DNA of 57,308 bases from Clostridia bacterium (lineage in GTDB: Bacteria > UBA6262 > WVXT01). The translations under genes and the position numbers were made by a program. The number at the start of each line of letters is the position of its first letter. Position 1 is the stretch's first letter. The stretch is taken from NCBI GenBank assembly GCA_009619095.1, contig WJOT01000043.1:1-57308 (forward strand), written 5' to 3'. Under the pieces are notes generated by a model. It was not told where the DNA came from. It saw only the letters and a list, made by a program, of their open reading frames with translations, and searched no databases. Shown one piece after another: positions 29,435 through 39,743 of the stretch.

Positions 29435-30220
29435 TTGAAAATCGTGATGTATAATCCAATGGACAATAGAATAATCAAGAAACTCGATTTATATCGACTT
29501 TGCTGGAGGTCCTTTTGTGTGCAAGCTGTATGGAATTTCGAGCGGATGCAAAACTTGGGATTTCTTTACATGTTGGCACCAGTTCTGAATAAGCTCTATC
29601 CTGAAAAAGAGAAAAGGATCCAGTCTTATAAAAGACATTTAGAATTTTTCAATACCCATCCATACTTTGCAAATGTGTTAGTAGGGATAGTCGCGCGTCT
29701 GGAAGAAGAAATGGCAAAGGGAGGAGAGGTCAAACCGGAAGAAATTAGCGCAGTAAAGATGAGTATGGGCGGAGCATTCGGAGGTATTGGCGATTCACTA
29801 TTTTGGGGAGCGTGGCGACCCTTTACTGCATTGGTAGCTTGCGTTCTGGTGATTATATATTTAAAGAAGTGGGAAGGCGCCTGGCTGGCGCCACTAATTT
29901 TTCTGTTTCTCTATAATTTTCTGCACTTTCATACTCGCATTAAGGGAGTGCTGGAAGGTTATGAAAAGAAGACTAAAGTGGTAAGACTTCTTGAGAAAAT
30001 GCATTATCTTCGTACAATATGGAGTAGCCATCTTATTGGTTTAGCTCTTGTTTTACTCACTATTGTAGTATTACTGTTTCGGGACTGGAGAGCGATAGAA
30101 AGACTATACTTTTTAGCGTTCTTCCTTTCGGTTGTCTTACTTAATCGCTGGCGAATTTCTTCCGCAAAGCTTTTGTATTTGCTTATTGGAATTTCCTGCG
30201 TAGGAGCCTATATATTCTGA
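29435..30220 (+). CDS. PTS mannose/fructose/sorbose family EIID
   Basis: QAVWNFERMQNLGF, HLEFFNTHP, GIGDSLFW; true start probably ATG 29447 or 29459. Confidence 0.92.
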   Translation: MKIVMYNPMDNRIIKKLDLYRLCWRSFCVQAVWNFERMQNLGFLYMLAPVLNKLYPEKEKRIQSYKRHLEFFNTHPYFANVLVGIVARLEEEMAKGGEVKPEEISAVKMSMGGAFGGIGDSLFWGAWRPFTALVACVLVIIYLKKWEGAWLAPLIFLFLYNFLHFHTRIKGVLEGYEKKTKVVRLLEKMHYLRTIWSSHLIGLALVLLTIVVLLFRDWRAIERLYFLAFFLSVVLLNRWRISSAKLLYLLIGISCVGAYIF

Positions 30221-30235
30221 TATTAGGAATGTTTA

Positions 30236-30502
30236 ATGATAGAAAAAAATTTTAAAATCAAGAATAGATTAGGTCTACATGCAAGACCTGCGGCACTTCT
30301 TGCCCAGACTGTCGCTAAGTTCCAATCAAAAGTAGCCATAATTAAAAATGGCCAGGAAGTTGACGGAGATAGCATTTTGGGAATTATGATGTTGGCAGCA
30401 GAGTTCGGTTCTGAGATAACAGTAATTGTTAATGGAAAAGATGAAAAAGAAGCCATAGAAAAAATAGAAGAGTTATTTGCAAAAAAATTTGATGAGGAGT
30501 AG
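30236..30502 (+). CDS. ptsH: Phosphocarrier protein HPr
   Basis: GLHARPA (His15), DSILGIM (Ser46 region). Confidence 0.95.
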   Translation: MIEKNFKIKNRLGLHARPAALLAQTVAKFQSKVAIIKNGQEVDGDSILGIMMLAAEFGSEITVIVNGKDEKEAIEKIEELFAKKFDEE

Positions 30503-30507
30503 AAGTT

Positions 30508-32226
30508 ATGTTAAAAGGAATTGCTGCTTCGCCTGGTATTGTGATTGGACGAGCTTTCCTTCTCGAAAAGGAAGAATTCTATATTTCCAAAAGAACAATT
30601 GACCCTGCTGATATAAAACAGGAAATTATTCGCTTTCGCAAAGCAGTTGCTGAGACAAGGGAGGAGATGGACGGAATAAGGCAGAAAGCTTTGAAGCAGC
30701 TTGGCAAGAGACACGTACGTCTTTTTGATGCTTATCTCCTAATTTTGCAGGACCCTATTATTCGAAATGACGTCACAAAAATGGTTACGGAGCAAAAAGT
30801 AAATGCCGAATACGCTCTCCAGACGGTATTTGATAAAATAACAAAGACTTTCAATATAATCGATGACGGATACCTACGGGACCGTGGTCGTGACATTCTG
30901 GATGTGGTGAAAAGAGTATTGAAGCGCCTACTTGGCCGGGAAAGGGAAGAACTGGCTACTCTCCCATCGCCAGTAATTGTAATCGCTCATAATCTTACTC
31001 CTGCCGACACAATTGCTATGCGCAAAGAGAATGTGATAGGATTTGCTACAGATATTGGAGGAAGGACTTCGCATACCGCGATTATGGCACAATCTTTAGA
31101 GATTCCTGCTGTAGTAGGTTTGAAAAATATAACTAAGAAAGTCAAGCTAGGTGACACAATAATCATAGACGGAATAGAAGGAATTGTTATTATCGATCCC
31201 GATTCAGAAACAGTGGAGAATTATGAACGCCAGAAACTAAAATATTCCAATGTTGAAGAAGCATTGAAGAAACTGACAGACCTTCCAGCAGTCACAGCTG
31301 ATGAGCATAACGTTGAATTACATGCAAATATTGAAGTCCCGGAAGAAATTCCCTCGGTTCATGCTCACGGTGCAACAGGAATTGGATTATTCCGTACCGA
31401 GTATATCTATTTAAATCGAGCCGATCTACCATCGGAAGAAGAACAATATCAACAGTATGCCTCTGTAGCTCGAAAAATGATGCCTTATCCGGTGATAATC
31501 AGGACAATGGACCTGGGAGCAGATAAGTTTGTGGGTGAATTTGGCATTTCTCCAGAGCGCAATCCTTTTATGGGCTTGAGGGCAATCAGGCTCTGCTTTA
31601 GATATCCTTATGTTTTTAAAACCCAATTAAGGGCTATTCTTCGCGCCTCAGTAGAAGGGAATTTGAAGATAATGTATCCCATGATATGTTGTGCAAAGGA
31701 ACTGAGACATGCCAATGAGTTGCTCGAAGAAGTAAAGAATGAATTAAGAAAAGAGGAAATCTCTTTTGATGAAAATATAGAAGTAGGAGTAATGATTGAA
31801 ACTCCTTCCTCTGCTTTAATTGCAGATATTCTAGCCCGAGAAGCCGATTTCTTAAGCATTGGAACAAACGATTTAATCCAATATACCTTAGCAGTAGACC
31901 GCGTTAACGAAAATGTCGCGCACCTTTACAAACCATTGCATCTATCCATTTTGCGACTGATCAAAAGGATAATAGATGCTGGACATCAAGTGGGCAAGCA
32001 CGTGGGAATGTGTGGGGAAATGGCTGCAGACCCTTCTTTTACAAAGATTCTCCTTGGTATGGGTCTCAATGAGTTCAGTATGTCCCCATTATCCATACCT
32101 AAGATTAAGAAAATTGTTCGTTCGACGAGCTTAACTACAGCTCGGGAACTGGCCAACCAGGTTTTGGCTACTTCAAAAGAAGAAGAAGTAAACAAAATTA
32201 TAGAGAAATTCGAAGCCTTACCATAA
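30508..32226 (+). CDS. ptsI: PEP-protein phosphotransferase (enzyme I)
   Basis: GGRTSHTAIMA, GLFRTE, NPFMGLRAIR, SIGTNDLIQY, MCGEMA. Confidence 0.97.
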   Translation: MLKGIAASPGIVIGRAFLLEKEEFYISKRTIDPADIKQEIIRFRKAVAETREEMDGIRQKALKQLGKRHVRLFDAYLLILQDPIIRNDVTKMVTEQKVNAEYALQTVFDKITKTFNIIDDGYLRDRGRDILDVVKRVLKRLLGREREELATLPSPVIVIAHNLTPADTIAMRKENVIGFATDIGGRTSHTAIMAQSLEIPAVVGLKNITKKVKLGDTIIIDGIEGIVIIDPDSETVENYERQKLKYSNVEEALKKLTDLPAVTADEHNVELHANIEVPEEIPSVHAHGATGIGLFRTEYIYLNRADLPSEEEQYQQYASVARKMMPYPVIIRTMDLGADKFVGEFGISPERNPFMGLRAIRLCFRYPYVFKTQLRAILRASVEGNLKIMYPMICCAKELRHANELLEEVKNELRKEEISFDENIEVGVMIETPSSALIADILAREADFLSIGTNDLIQYTLAVDRVNENVAHLYKPLHLSILRLIKRIIDAGHQVGKHVGMCGEMAADPSFTKILLGMGLNEFSMSPLSIPKIKKIVRSTSLTTARELANQVLATSKEEEVNKIIEKFEALP

Positions 32227-32241
32227 TTTTATTTCAACGTA

Positions 32242-32330
32242 GGAGTAGCGAAGCAAAACTTCGCGTTCTGGCACTCTGAAGAGTGCCCCCGATACATCGG
32301 GGTCGCCCTTTAGGGTGGCGGGGAGTAGCG
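32242..32330. repeat. REP cluster including a CCCGAT-ATCGGG hairpin
   Basis: ggagtagcgaagcaaaacttcgc; gcactctgaagagtgc; ccccgatacatcgggg (32287-32302); tcgccctttagggtgg. Confidence 0.7.
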
Positions 32331-32333
32331 AAA

Positions 32334-33350
32334 ATGAATGAAATGCTTAAATATCTGGAAGATTTTCCCGTTCAATGTGAACAGGCAGTGCAAATTACCA
32401 AGAAATATCCCATTGATGTGAAAAGATACGACTCCATCCACCAGGTGGTGGTCTGTGGAATGGGAGGCTCAGCAGCAGGTGGTGACCTGTTAAAGTCCTA
32501 TCTCCAGAGAGAGGCAAATATTCCTATTGAAGTCAACAGGGATTATCTCCTTCCACAGTATGTAGGAGAGAATACCTTAGTCTTCGCCATCAGCTATTCG
32601 GGCAATACCGAGGAGACTCTATCTGCCTATCAGGATGCTCTCTCTCGTTCTGCAAAGATCATAGCTATTACCAGTGGGGGAAAGTTAAAAGAACTATGTC
32701 AGAAAGATGGCATCGATATAATTGAAATTATAGGAGGCATGCCACCACGGGCAACTTTTGGGTATTTATTTTTTCCCATGGTTACTCTTCTGGAAAGGGT
32801 GGGATTAATTGGCTCTAAAGAAGAGGAGATTCGAGAGACAATTCAGAATTTGCAACTCTTGTGTAAACAGTATAACCCCCGGAGTAAGGCCAATTTAGCA
32901 AAGGAGCTGTCGGAAAGAATAAAGGGGCATTTTCTACTCATATATGCTCCTGAGCATCTGGCTGCCTGTGCTGTCCGCTGGAAGAACCAATTCAATGAAA
33001 ATAGCAAGAGCATAGCTTTCTTCAGTCTATTGCCAGAAATGAACCATAATGAAATTGAAGTTTGGGCCAGTGGTAGCGAATTTACGAAGAAATTCTACCT
33101 AATTTTCCTGAGGGACAGTGCTGAAAACGAAAGAATTAAACAGAGAATCATAATAACAGAAAGTATTCTAAAAGACAAGGTAGCAGGAGTCCAGCATGTA
33201 ACTTCCAGCGGGAAATCTCTCCTGTCTCGCCTCCATTCTCTCGTATATCTTAGTGATTGGGTCAGCACCTATTTAGCGTTGATAAGTTCTGTAGACCCCA
33301 TTCCCACCCCAATGATCAACTTGCTGAAAAAGAGACTCTCTCAGATATAG
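32334..33350 (+). CDS. Bifunctional phosphoglucose/phosphomannose isomerase
   Basis: GMGGSA, SYSGNTEET, PPRA, RWKNQFNENSK, PEMNHNEI; start at ATG 32334. Confidence 0.93.
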   Translation: MNEMLKYLEDFPVQCEQAVQITKKYPIDVKRYDSIHQVVVCGMGGSAAGGDLLKSYLQREANIPIEVNRDYLLPQYVGENTLVFAISYSGNTEETLSAYQDALSRSAKIIAITSGGKLKELCQKDGIDIIEIIGGMPPRATFGYLFFPMVTLLERVGLIGSKEEEIRETIQNLQLLCKQYNPRSKANLAKELSERIKGHFLLIYAPEHLAACAVRWKNQFNENSKSIAFFSLLPEMNHNEIEVWASGSEFTKKFYLIFLRDSAENERIKQRIIITESILKDKVAGVQHVTSSGKSLLSRLHSLVYLSDWVSTYLALISSVDPIPTPMINLLKKRLSQI

Positions 33351-33372
33351 TAGTTCCGAGCACATTTTTCGC

Positions 33373-33401
33373 TTGACAATTTGACTTTTCTGTAGTATAA
33401 T
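33373..33401 (+). promoter_or_regulatory. Consensus sigma70 promoter for the HIT-rpsU-...-dnaG-rpoD operon
   Basis: TTGACA-17bp-TATAAT, perfect consensus. Confidence 0.8.
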
Positions 33402-33442
33402 TAAAGGTTGATATTTTGTCCAAAGTATGCTCTGGAAGAAAA

Positions 33443-33787
33443 ATGGAAGAATGTCTCTTTTGTAGTATCGTAAACAAAAAGGTTCCCGCGAATATCGTTT
33501 ATGAGGATGAGCAAGTTATAGCTTTCAGGGATATCAATCCACAGGCTCCGGTACACCTTTTAATCGTGCCTAAAAAGCACATTCCCACAATTGTGGATTT
33601 GACTTCAGAAGACAAGGATTTAATAGGAGAGATTTACTTAGTTGCTCAAAAACTGGCTTCTCAAGAGAGCATTGCCCAATGTGGCTTCCGTATTGTAGCA
33701 AATTGCAATGCCGATGCTGGCCAAGCAGTGTTTCACATACATTTTCACTTGTTGGGTGGTCGAAAATTAGGCTGGCCTCCAGGTTGA
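33443..33787 (+). CDS. hinT: Histidine triad nucleotide-binding protein (HINT)
   Basis: CLFC, DINPQAPVH, HIHFHLLGGR, WPPG. Confidence 0.93.
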   Translation: MEECLFCSIVNKKVPANIVYEDEQVIAFRDINPQAPVHLLIVPKKHIPTIVDLTSEDKDLIGEIYLVAQKLASQESIAQCGFRIVANCNADAGQAVFHIHFHLLGGRKLGWPPG

Positions 33788-33809
33788 TAGGTAGCGAAGT
33801 AAAGAACGT

Positions 33810-33875
33810 CCCCCGATGTAAATCTGGGGGAACACAGGTTGATTCATCCAGCCCCTGTGTAGGGGCTGGATTCAC
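33810..33875. repeat. REP cluster
   Basis: ccccgatgtaaatctgggg; atccagcccctgtgtaggggctggat (related copies near 46700 and 48001). Confidence 0.7.
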
Positions 33876-33893
33876 GTAAGGCGGTGAAAAGAT

Positions 33894-34109
33894 GTGACTG
33901 AGGTAAAGCTTAGAGAAAATGAGTCTATAGATGCGGCTTTACGGCGATTTAAACGCGAATGCGAAAGAGCAGGACTTATGACGGAAATAAAGAAAAGGGA
34001 ATATTATGAAAGTCCCAGTGTTCGCAGAAAGAGAAAGGCCGCCGAGTCAAAAAGGAAACAGAGGAGAAGGCAACTAAAGCTTTTAAGTCGTTTCAACAAA
34101 AAAAGATAA
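33894..34109 (+). CDS. rpsU: 30S ribosomal protein S21
   Basis: [21 protein letters not shown]. Confidence 0.96.
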   Translation: MTEVKLRENESIDAALRRFKRECERAGLMTEIKKREYYESPSVRRKRKAAESKRKQRRRQLKLLSRFNKKR

Positions 34110-34742
34110 TTGATAAGTAAACTGTCAAAAAAATTCTATTCCCGCAAGACAAAAATCGTTGCTCAAGAACTGTTAGGTAAAACCCTCGTTCATAAAATGG
34201 ATGAGGGTATAATTTCGGGTAAAATTGTAGAAACAGAAGCCTATCTTGGACAGAGAGACCCCGGAAGCCATGCTTATCGGGGAATTACCCAACGTAACAG
34301 GATAATGTTTGGGCCAGCAGGGAAAGCGTATATCTACTTCGTATATGGCAACCATTACTGCTTTAATGTTGTTACAGAAAAGGATGGCGTAAGCGGGGCT
34401 GTTCTGATCAGGGCCTTAGAACCCCAGGAAGGCATAAAACTAATGAAAAAACACAGAAGAATAGATGGACCCTTAGCTCGTCTTACCAATGGCCCTGGCA
34501 AATTGACCAAGGCTTTAGGTATTACGGGGTCGATGAACGGGGCTGACTTAACGGGAAACAAACTATTTATTATCTCCCGGATTGCTTCCAGAAAGAAGGA
34601 AATCCTTTCTAAGGACTTCAGCATCGTCAATACGGGGCGTATAGGAATAAAGGAAGGTAGGAACCTTCCTTATCGCTATTATATTGAGGGAAGTAAATTC
34701 GTATCTCGAACCACCCCCGTTAGAAAACAGGGTTGCGGATAA
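34110..34742 (+). CDS. mpg: DNA-3-methyladenine glycosylase (AAG/MPG family)
   Basis: IVETEAY, YFVYGNHYCFNVV, AVLIRALEP, GPGKL, RIGI. Confidence 0.94.
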   Translation: MISKLSKKFYSRKTKIVAQELLGKTLVHKMDEGIISGKIVETEAYLGQRDPGSHAYRGITQRNRIMFGPAGKAYIYFVYGNHYCFNVVTEKDGVSGAVLIRALEPQEGIKLMKKHRRIDGPLARLTNGPGKLTKALGITGSMNGADLTGNKLFIISRIASRKKEILSKDFSIVNTGRIGIKEGRNLPYRYYIEGSKFVSRTTPVRKQGCG

Positions 34743-34823
34743 AAATTTGTCTTTGCGCAAAATCCATTCCCCAAGGGTAGTGATGAATGCTCTAAAGGGG
34801 AGGACCGGAAAGGAAATGATAAA

Positions 34824-35777
34824 TTGAACCTTACTGAATTTTACAAATTCGTTATAGAAGAAGGAGTTTCTCACGACCCTCGTGGGGTAGAAAGGGTTAA
34901 ACTGGAGATAAAAAGGAAAAAAGAAGAGTTTGAAAAAATGGAAGCAGCAAAAAAAAGAGAGTTTGATCAGGAAACCCTTAGTAACCCTTATAGTGATACC
35001 AGGATATTGAACGACACTAAAAAAGAAATAAAAAACATCCTTGTAGGAATTGATATCGAGACCCCGGAACTGCTTTTAGCCGACCGCTTAAAATCGCAGG
35101 GGAAAAAGATTGAATTAGTCCTTGCTCACCATCCCCAAGGTCGTGCTTATGCTAATTTCTATGAAGTTATGGGTATGCAAGCAGACATCCTGAACAAGTA
35201 TGGTGTTCCCATAAATATAGCAGAAGACCTTCTGGCAAAGAGGATAAAGGATGTTAGCCGCAAGGTGATGCCGGTAAACCACTTCCGGGCAGTAGATGCA
35301 GCAGAGTTGCTCGATATTTCCTTTATTTGTGTGCATACTCCAGCAGATAATTGTGTAACTACATATCTGCAAGAATTGTTAGATAAGAAGAGACCAGAAC
35401 GAGTGGAAGATGTATTTGGGCTGTTGAAGGAGATACCGGAGTATAAACAAGCTACCGCGAGAGGCAGCGGACCGAAAGTTATAGTTGGTTCTGAAAAGAG
35501 GCGGGCAGGAAAGATATTCGTTGATATGACTGGTGGCACTGAAGGGTCAGAGGAAGCCTTAGAGAAACTTAGCGATTCAGGAGTCGGCACAATAGTGGGA
35601 ATGCACATGAGCGAGAAACATTACCAGAATGCAGAAAAGTTCCATATAAATGTGGTAATTGCCGGTCATATGGCCTCCGATACTTTAGGGCTCAACCTCC
35701 TATTAAATCAAGCTATAAAGAAGTTTAGCCCTCTAAATATTATTTCTTGTTCGGGTTTTTACCGCGTTAAGAGATAG
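34824..35777 (+). CDS. NIF3-like (NGG1p interacting factor) metal-binding protein
   Basis: DPRG, AHHPQG, HTPADN, DMTGGTEG, GHMASD. Confidence 0.8.
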   Translation: MNLTEFYKFVIEEGVSHDPRGVERVKLEIKRKKEEFEKMEAAKKREFDQETLSNPYSDTRILNDTKKEIKNILVGIDIETPELLLADRLKSQGKKIELVLAHHPQGRAYANFYEVMGMQADILNKYGVPINIAEDLLAKRIKDVSRKVMPVNHFRAVDAAELLDISFICVHTPADNCVTTYLQELLDKKRPERVEDVFGLLKEIPEYKQATARGSGPKVIVGSEKRRAGKIFVDMTGGTEGSEEALEKLSDSGVGTIVGMHMSEKHYQNAEKFHINVVIAGHMASDTLGLNLLLNQAIKKFSPLNIISCSGFYRVKR

Positions 35778-35894
35778 TCTTTCTAAGATGAAAGTTCCCT
35801 TTCCTCTTTGAGGAGAGGGTTAGGCCTGCCCATTCTGGGCCTTAACGGCCAGGGTGGCACGAGCCACGGCCAGGGATGAGAGGAAGGAGTTACT

Positions 35895-37724
35895 TTGGCT
35901 ATTCCAGGCTACTTAATAGACCAAATACGGCAGAGCAATAATATTGTGGAGGTCATTTCTGGATATTTGCCTCTAAAGAAAATAGGAAGTAATTTTAAGG
36001 CGCTCTGTCCATTCCATCAGGAAAAGACACCTTCTTTCATCGTTTCACCGCAAAAAGAGATATTTCATTGCTTCGGTTGCGGAGAAGGAGGAAATGTCTT
36101 CAATTTCCTGATGAAGCATGAGAAGATAAGTTTTATAGAGGCTGTAGAAAGGTTAGCTGAGCGGGCAGGGATTTCTCTTCCCAAAGATAGAGCCAGCCGG
36201 GAGGAATCCTCCAGAGTCTCTCAAGAGAGAAAGAGTCTCTTTGAAATCAATCGTCATGCAGCCGACTTTTTTCACAGGTGTTTAAAGAATTCCATATCCG
36301 CTCAAAAGGCACGGGAATATCTCAACAAGAGAGGATTGAAAGAAGAAGTTATTGACAAATTTGGACTTGGCTATGCCCCTGGTTCGGGGAGGGGGTTGTT
36401 AGAGGCTGCTGTAAATAAAGGTTATTCGAAGGAGCTCTTAGAAAAAGCTGGATTGATCACTTTTTCCGAAAAGAGAAACGATTATCGCGACCAGCTTTTC
36501 GATCGGATTATTTTCCCGATTTCTGATGTTCAGTCCAGAATAATTGCATTTGGTGGAAGAGTTTTAGGAGAACGATTACCCAAATACCTGAATTCTCCCG
36601 AGACAGCGGTTTTTTATAAAGGAAAGATTCTTTACGCACTCAATCTCGCTAAGGAATCTATTCAGAAAAAGAATCAAATTATAATCTTGGAGGGATATAC
36701 AGATGTTCTAACTTGTCATCAATTTGGAGTAGAGAACAGCGTGGCCACTCTGGGAACTGCTTTGACCAGAGACCATGTTTCCATAATATCGCGGTATGCT
36801 GAAGAGGTAGTAATAGTATACGATGCTGATACCGCCGGGGTTAAGGCCGCATTAAGGGGATTAGACCTATTGATAGGGAGTGGACTGAAAGTGAAAGTAG
36901 TGGCATTGCCTCAAGGCACTGACCCTGATGATTTCCTTCGCTCTCAGGGGGCAGAAAAATTTCAAAGAGAAATTTCCCAATCACTCTCTTTAGTTGATTA
37001 TCGCATTAAGTTAGTTTCACAAACTACCGATTTGAATACTTCTGAAGGAAAAGTTGCCGTAGTAGAAGAGGTTTTGCCCACCATTGCCAGAATAAAGAAT
37101 CTGATAGAGCAGAAAGAAGAAATTAAAAAGTTATCCCGGTTAATTTCCGTAGATGAAGAAACATTACTTTTAGAGCTGGGAAGGATAAACAGAAAGACTT
37201 ACCAGTGGCAAGAACCCTCTTACAGAGAGGAACTCGCCAGAGACTTTCGCGACCCTACTTCTCAGCAAGGTGTTCTCAAGGCAGAGAAGGGGCTGGTGCA
37301 GGTAATGATCAATTATCCTGAGGAAATTGAAACAATCAGGGCAGAAGTCACACCTGAAGACTTCCTTATAAACGACCTTTCCAGGGTTGTGAAGGTTATA
37401 TACGAATTATATGACAAGAAGAAATCTATAGACCCAGCAATAGTTATGGATAGGATTTACAGTGAGGATTTACAATTTTCAGCCAAGGTCAATCAAATTA
37501 TCGCTTCCCTGGCTATCGAAGAGAAAAAAGCAGAATTCTCACCAGGGATAGTCAACGCATTGGTTAATGAAGTAAAAACGCACAAGTCAGAAAAGAAAGA
37601 AAGAAAAATGAGAGAAGAACTTGCCTCTCTGGCAGATAGAGGCTTGCCAGTACAATCTGAGAAGATAGAAAAGTTTCAAAAACTGAGAAAGCAACTTAAA
37701 GGAAGTAAAAATGAAAGAGTATAA
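35895..37724 (+). CDS. dnaG: DNA primase
   Basis: [15 protein letters not shown] zinc finger, [24 protein letters not shown]. Confidence 0.98.
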   Translation: MAIPGYLIDQIRQSNNIVEVISGYLPLKKIGSNFKALCPFHQEKTPSFIVSPQKEIFHCFGCGEGGNVFNFLMKHEKISFIEAVERLAERAGISLPKDRASREESSRVSQERKSLFEINRHAADFFHRCLKNSISAQKAREYLNKRGLKEEVIDKFGLGYAPGSGRGLLEAAVNKGYSKELLEKAGLITFSEKRNDYRDQLFDRIIFPISDVQSRIIAFGGRVLGERLPKYLNSPETAVFYKGKILYALNLAKESIQKKNQIIILEGYTDVLTCHQFGVENSVATLGTALTRDHVSIISRYAEEVVIVYDADTAGVKAALRGLDLLIGSGLKVKVVALPQGTDPDDFLRSQGAEKFQREISQSLSLVDYRIKLVSQTTDLNTSEGKVAVVEEVLPTIARIKNLIEQKEEIKKLSRLISVDEETLLLELGRINRKTYQWQEPSYREELARDFRDPTSQQGVLKAEKGLVQVMINYPEEIETIRAEVTPEDFLINDLSRVVKVIYELYDKKKSIDPAIVMDRIYSEDLQFSAKVNQIIASLAIEEKKAEFSPGIVNALVNEVKTHKSEKKERKMREELASLADRGLPVQSEKIEKFQKLRKQLKGSKNERV

Positions 37725-39435
37725 AGAAAAAATTTCTGAGTTAATTGAACAAGGAAAAGAGACAGGAAAACTGACCTATCAAGAGATAAACGAGCAACTT
37801 CCTGAAAGCATAATCGATTCCGACGAAATAGACGATATCCTTACCAAGCTGGACGAGCTGGGAATCGATGTAGTTGATAAAATTGCCATAATTGAAAGGC
37901 CGGAGAAAGCCGAGGAGGAAAAGGGAGGCTTAGTCCCCATAACTCCCACCACTGAAATAGAAACAAGCGATTCCATAAAGATGTACCTGAACGAAATGGG
38001 TAAGGTTTCTCTTCTTAGTCGGCCTCAGGAGATGTATTTAGCCAAGAGCATAAAAGATAATGAAAAGAAGCTGAAACAGATAGCGTTAGAGTCCCCCATA
38101 GCTTTGAGAGAAATAAGGCAGATGGGTAAGATGCTAGAGAGACGTGAGATTACTCCTAAGGAGTTAATGCCTCGAGGTCGAAAGACTAACGCAGCTTTAG
38201 CCAGAATGAGACAGAAGATGAAAAGGGTAGTTCGGGAAATTACTAAAAGCGAGAAGAAAATCCTTGCCTGCGAGAAGAGATTAACGGCAAAGAGAATTAC
38301 TCCCAAGTCAAAAGAGAAGGTCGAGAAATTATTGAGCCAGGAAAAGAAGAAAATTCTACAACAAATTCTCGATTTGAACTTAAAATCAGAGAAAGTTAAA
38401 AAAATAATTACAAAAATAAAACAGACAGGTCTAAAGTTAAAACAACTGGAAAAGGAAAGCAATTACTATCAGCGAAAACTTAAACTCCCCTTCGCTGAAG
38501 CTAAAAAGCTCTGGCGAAGAGCTAAGGCAAAGAAAATCTCCCGCTCAGAATTCAAGAAGAAAACGGGAGTAACTTTAAAAGAGATTGAAGGAATACACAA
38601 AAATTTAAAAAACATTTCTCAGCGCCTCCTCCAGCTTCAGCGAACCATGGGAATGGACTTCTTAGCCATAAAGAAGCTGTACAATCAGGTTACTCAACTC
38701 GAGTCAGAAATTCTCGACAGTAAACTGAAACTGGTTAAGGCAAACTTAAGACTGGTGGTAAGTATTGCCAAAAAACATATCAACCCCAACCTCTCTTTGT
38801 TAGATTTAATTCAGGAAGGCAGTATCGGCCTGATGAAAGCAGTTGACAAATTTGAATATAAGAGAGGGTTTAAGTTTTCCACCTATGCAACCTGGTGGAT
38901 TAGGCAATCTATAAATCGGGCAATAGCCGACCAAGCTCGCACCATCAGAATTCCCGTACATATGAAAGAGATTATTAGTAAATTGACCAAAATTGCTCGT
39001 CGCTATCGCCAGAAATATGGACGGGACCCTCTCATTGAAGAATATGCTAAAGAAATGAAGATGGCACCAGAAAGAATACGCGCCGTATTAAAGATAATGC
39101 AAGAGCCGATATCCTTAGCTACTCCTATTGGTGAAGAAGAAGAAAGCCATCTGGAAGATTTCATCGAAGACCGCGATAACCTCTCTCCGGTCAATGTCGC
39201 CTTAGATGTTTTGCGCCAAAAGGAGATAGAGAAAGTGTTATCAACTTTGACCGAACGGGAGGCAAAGATTATCAAATTGAGATTTGGAATTGGAGTGGGG
39301 TATCCCCGCACTTTAGAAGAGGTAGGTCATATATTTAATGTAACCAGGGAAAGAGTAAGACAAATCGAGGCAAAAGCGATAAGAAAACTGCGACATCCCT
39401 CAAGAAGCAAGTATTTAAGAGAATACGTTGAATAA
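37711..39435 (+). CDS. rpoD: RNA polymerase primary sigma factor
   Basis: Region 1.1; [48 protein letters not shown]; Lys-rich non-conserved insertion. Confidence 0.97.
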   Translation: MKEYKEKISELIEQGKETGKLTYQEINEQLPESIIDSDEIDDILTKLDELGIDVVDKIAIIERPEKAEEEKGGLVPITPTTEIETSDSIKMYLNEMGKVSLLSRPQEMYLAKSIKDNEKKLKQIALESPIALREIRQMGKMLERREITPKELMPRGRKTNAALARMRQKMKRVVREITKSEKKILACEKRLTAKRITPKSKEKVEKLLSQEKKKILQQILDLNLKSEKVKKIITKIKQTGLKLKQLEKESNYYQRKLKLPFAEAKKLWRRAKAKKISRSEFKKKTGVTLKEIEGIHKNLKNISQRLLQLQRTMGMDFLAIKKLYNQVTQLESEILDSKLKLVKANLRLVVSIAKKHINPNLSLLDLIQEGSIGLMKAVDKFEYKRGFKFSTYATWWIRQSINRAIADQARTIRIPVHMKEIISKLTKIARRYRQKYGRDPLIEEYAKEMKMAPERIRAVLKIMQEPISLATPIGEEEESHLEDFIEDRDNLSPVNVALDVLRQKEIEKVLSTLTEREAKIIKLRFGIGVGYPRTLEEVGHIFNVTRERVRQIEAKAIRKLRHPSRSKYLREYVE

Positions 39436-39495
39436 TTCCATAGGAAAAAGGTGACAAAAAAGGGAACAGGCTACTTTTTTGCCCAGCAATCGACT

Positions 39496-39519
39496 CTGGA
39501 GTCCTCCCGAAAGGGAGGG
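39496..39519. repeat. GGAGTCCTCCC-GAAA-GGGAGGG hairpin repeat
   Basis: Identical to copies at 6734, 12912, 44638. Confidence 0.8.
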
Positions 39520-39526
39520 TTAATAG

Positions 39527-39577
39527 AATCCCTGAGTTTTAGGGAAACCATTTTTCTCTAAACTCAGGGATTTTTTT
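39527..39577 (+). terminator. Rho-independent terminator after rpoD
   Basis: aatccctgagttttag...ctaaactcaggga stem followed by T7. Confidence 0.65.
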
Positions 39578-39743
39578 GTTGATTATTTTCTGAAAAAAAG
39601 TTAAATTAGAAAAAGTGACAGGTACTTTTTTGCCCAACAGAGCGAAACTTTGCTTTAAAATGGAGTAGCGGAGCGTCAGTATAAGAGCGACTTGCAAATT
39701 GCCCGCCAAGGCAGGTTGCTCGCCCAATCAGTAAGAGGACAGA

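Noticed and set aside
38040-38720. Lys-rich insertion in RpoD as a novel domain
   Set aside because: It lies in the known non-conserved region between sigma regions 1.2 and 2.1, where lineage-specific insertions are common.
39436-39743. Cobalamin riboswitch or NrdR box upstream of nrdJ
   Set aside because: No recognisable B12-box or NrdR palindrome; the region is explained by repeats, a terminator and a candidate promoter.
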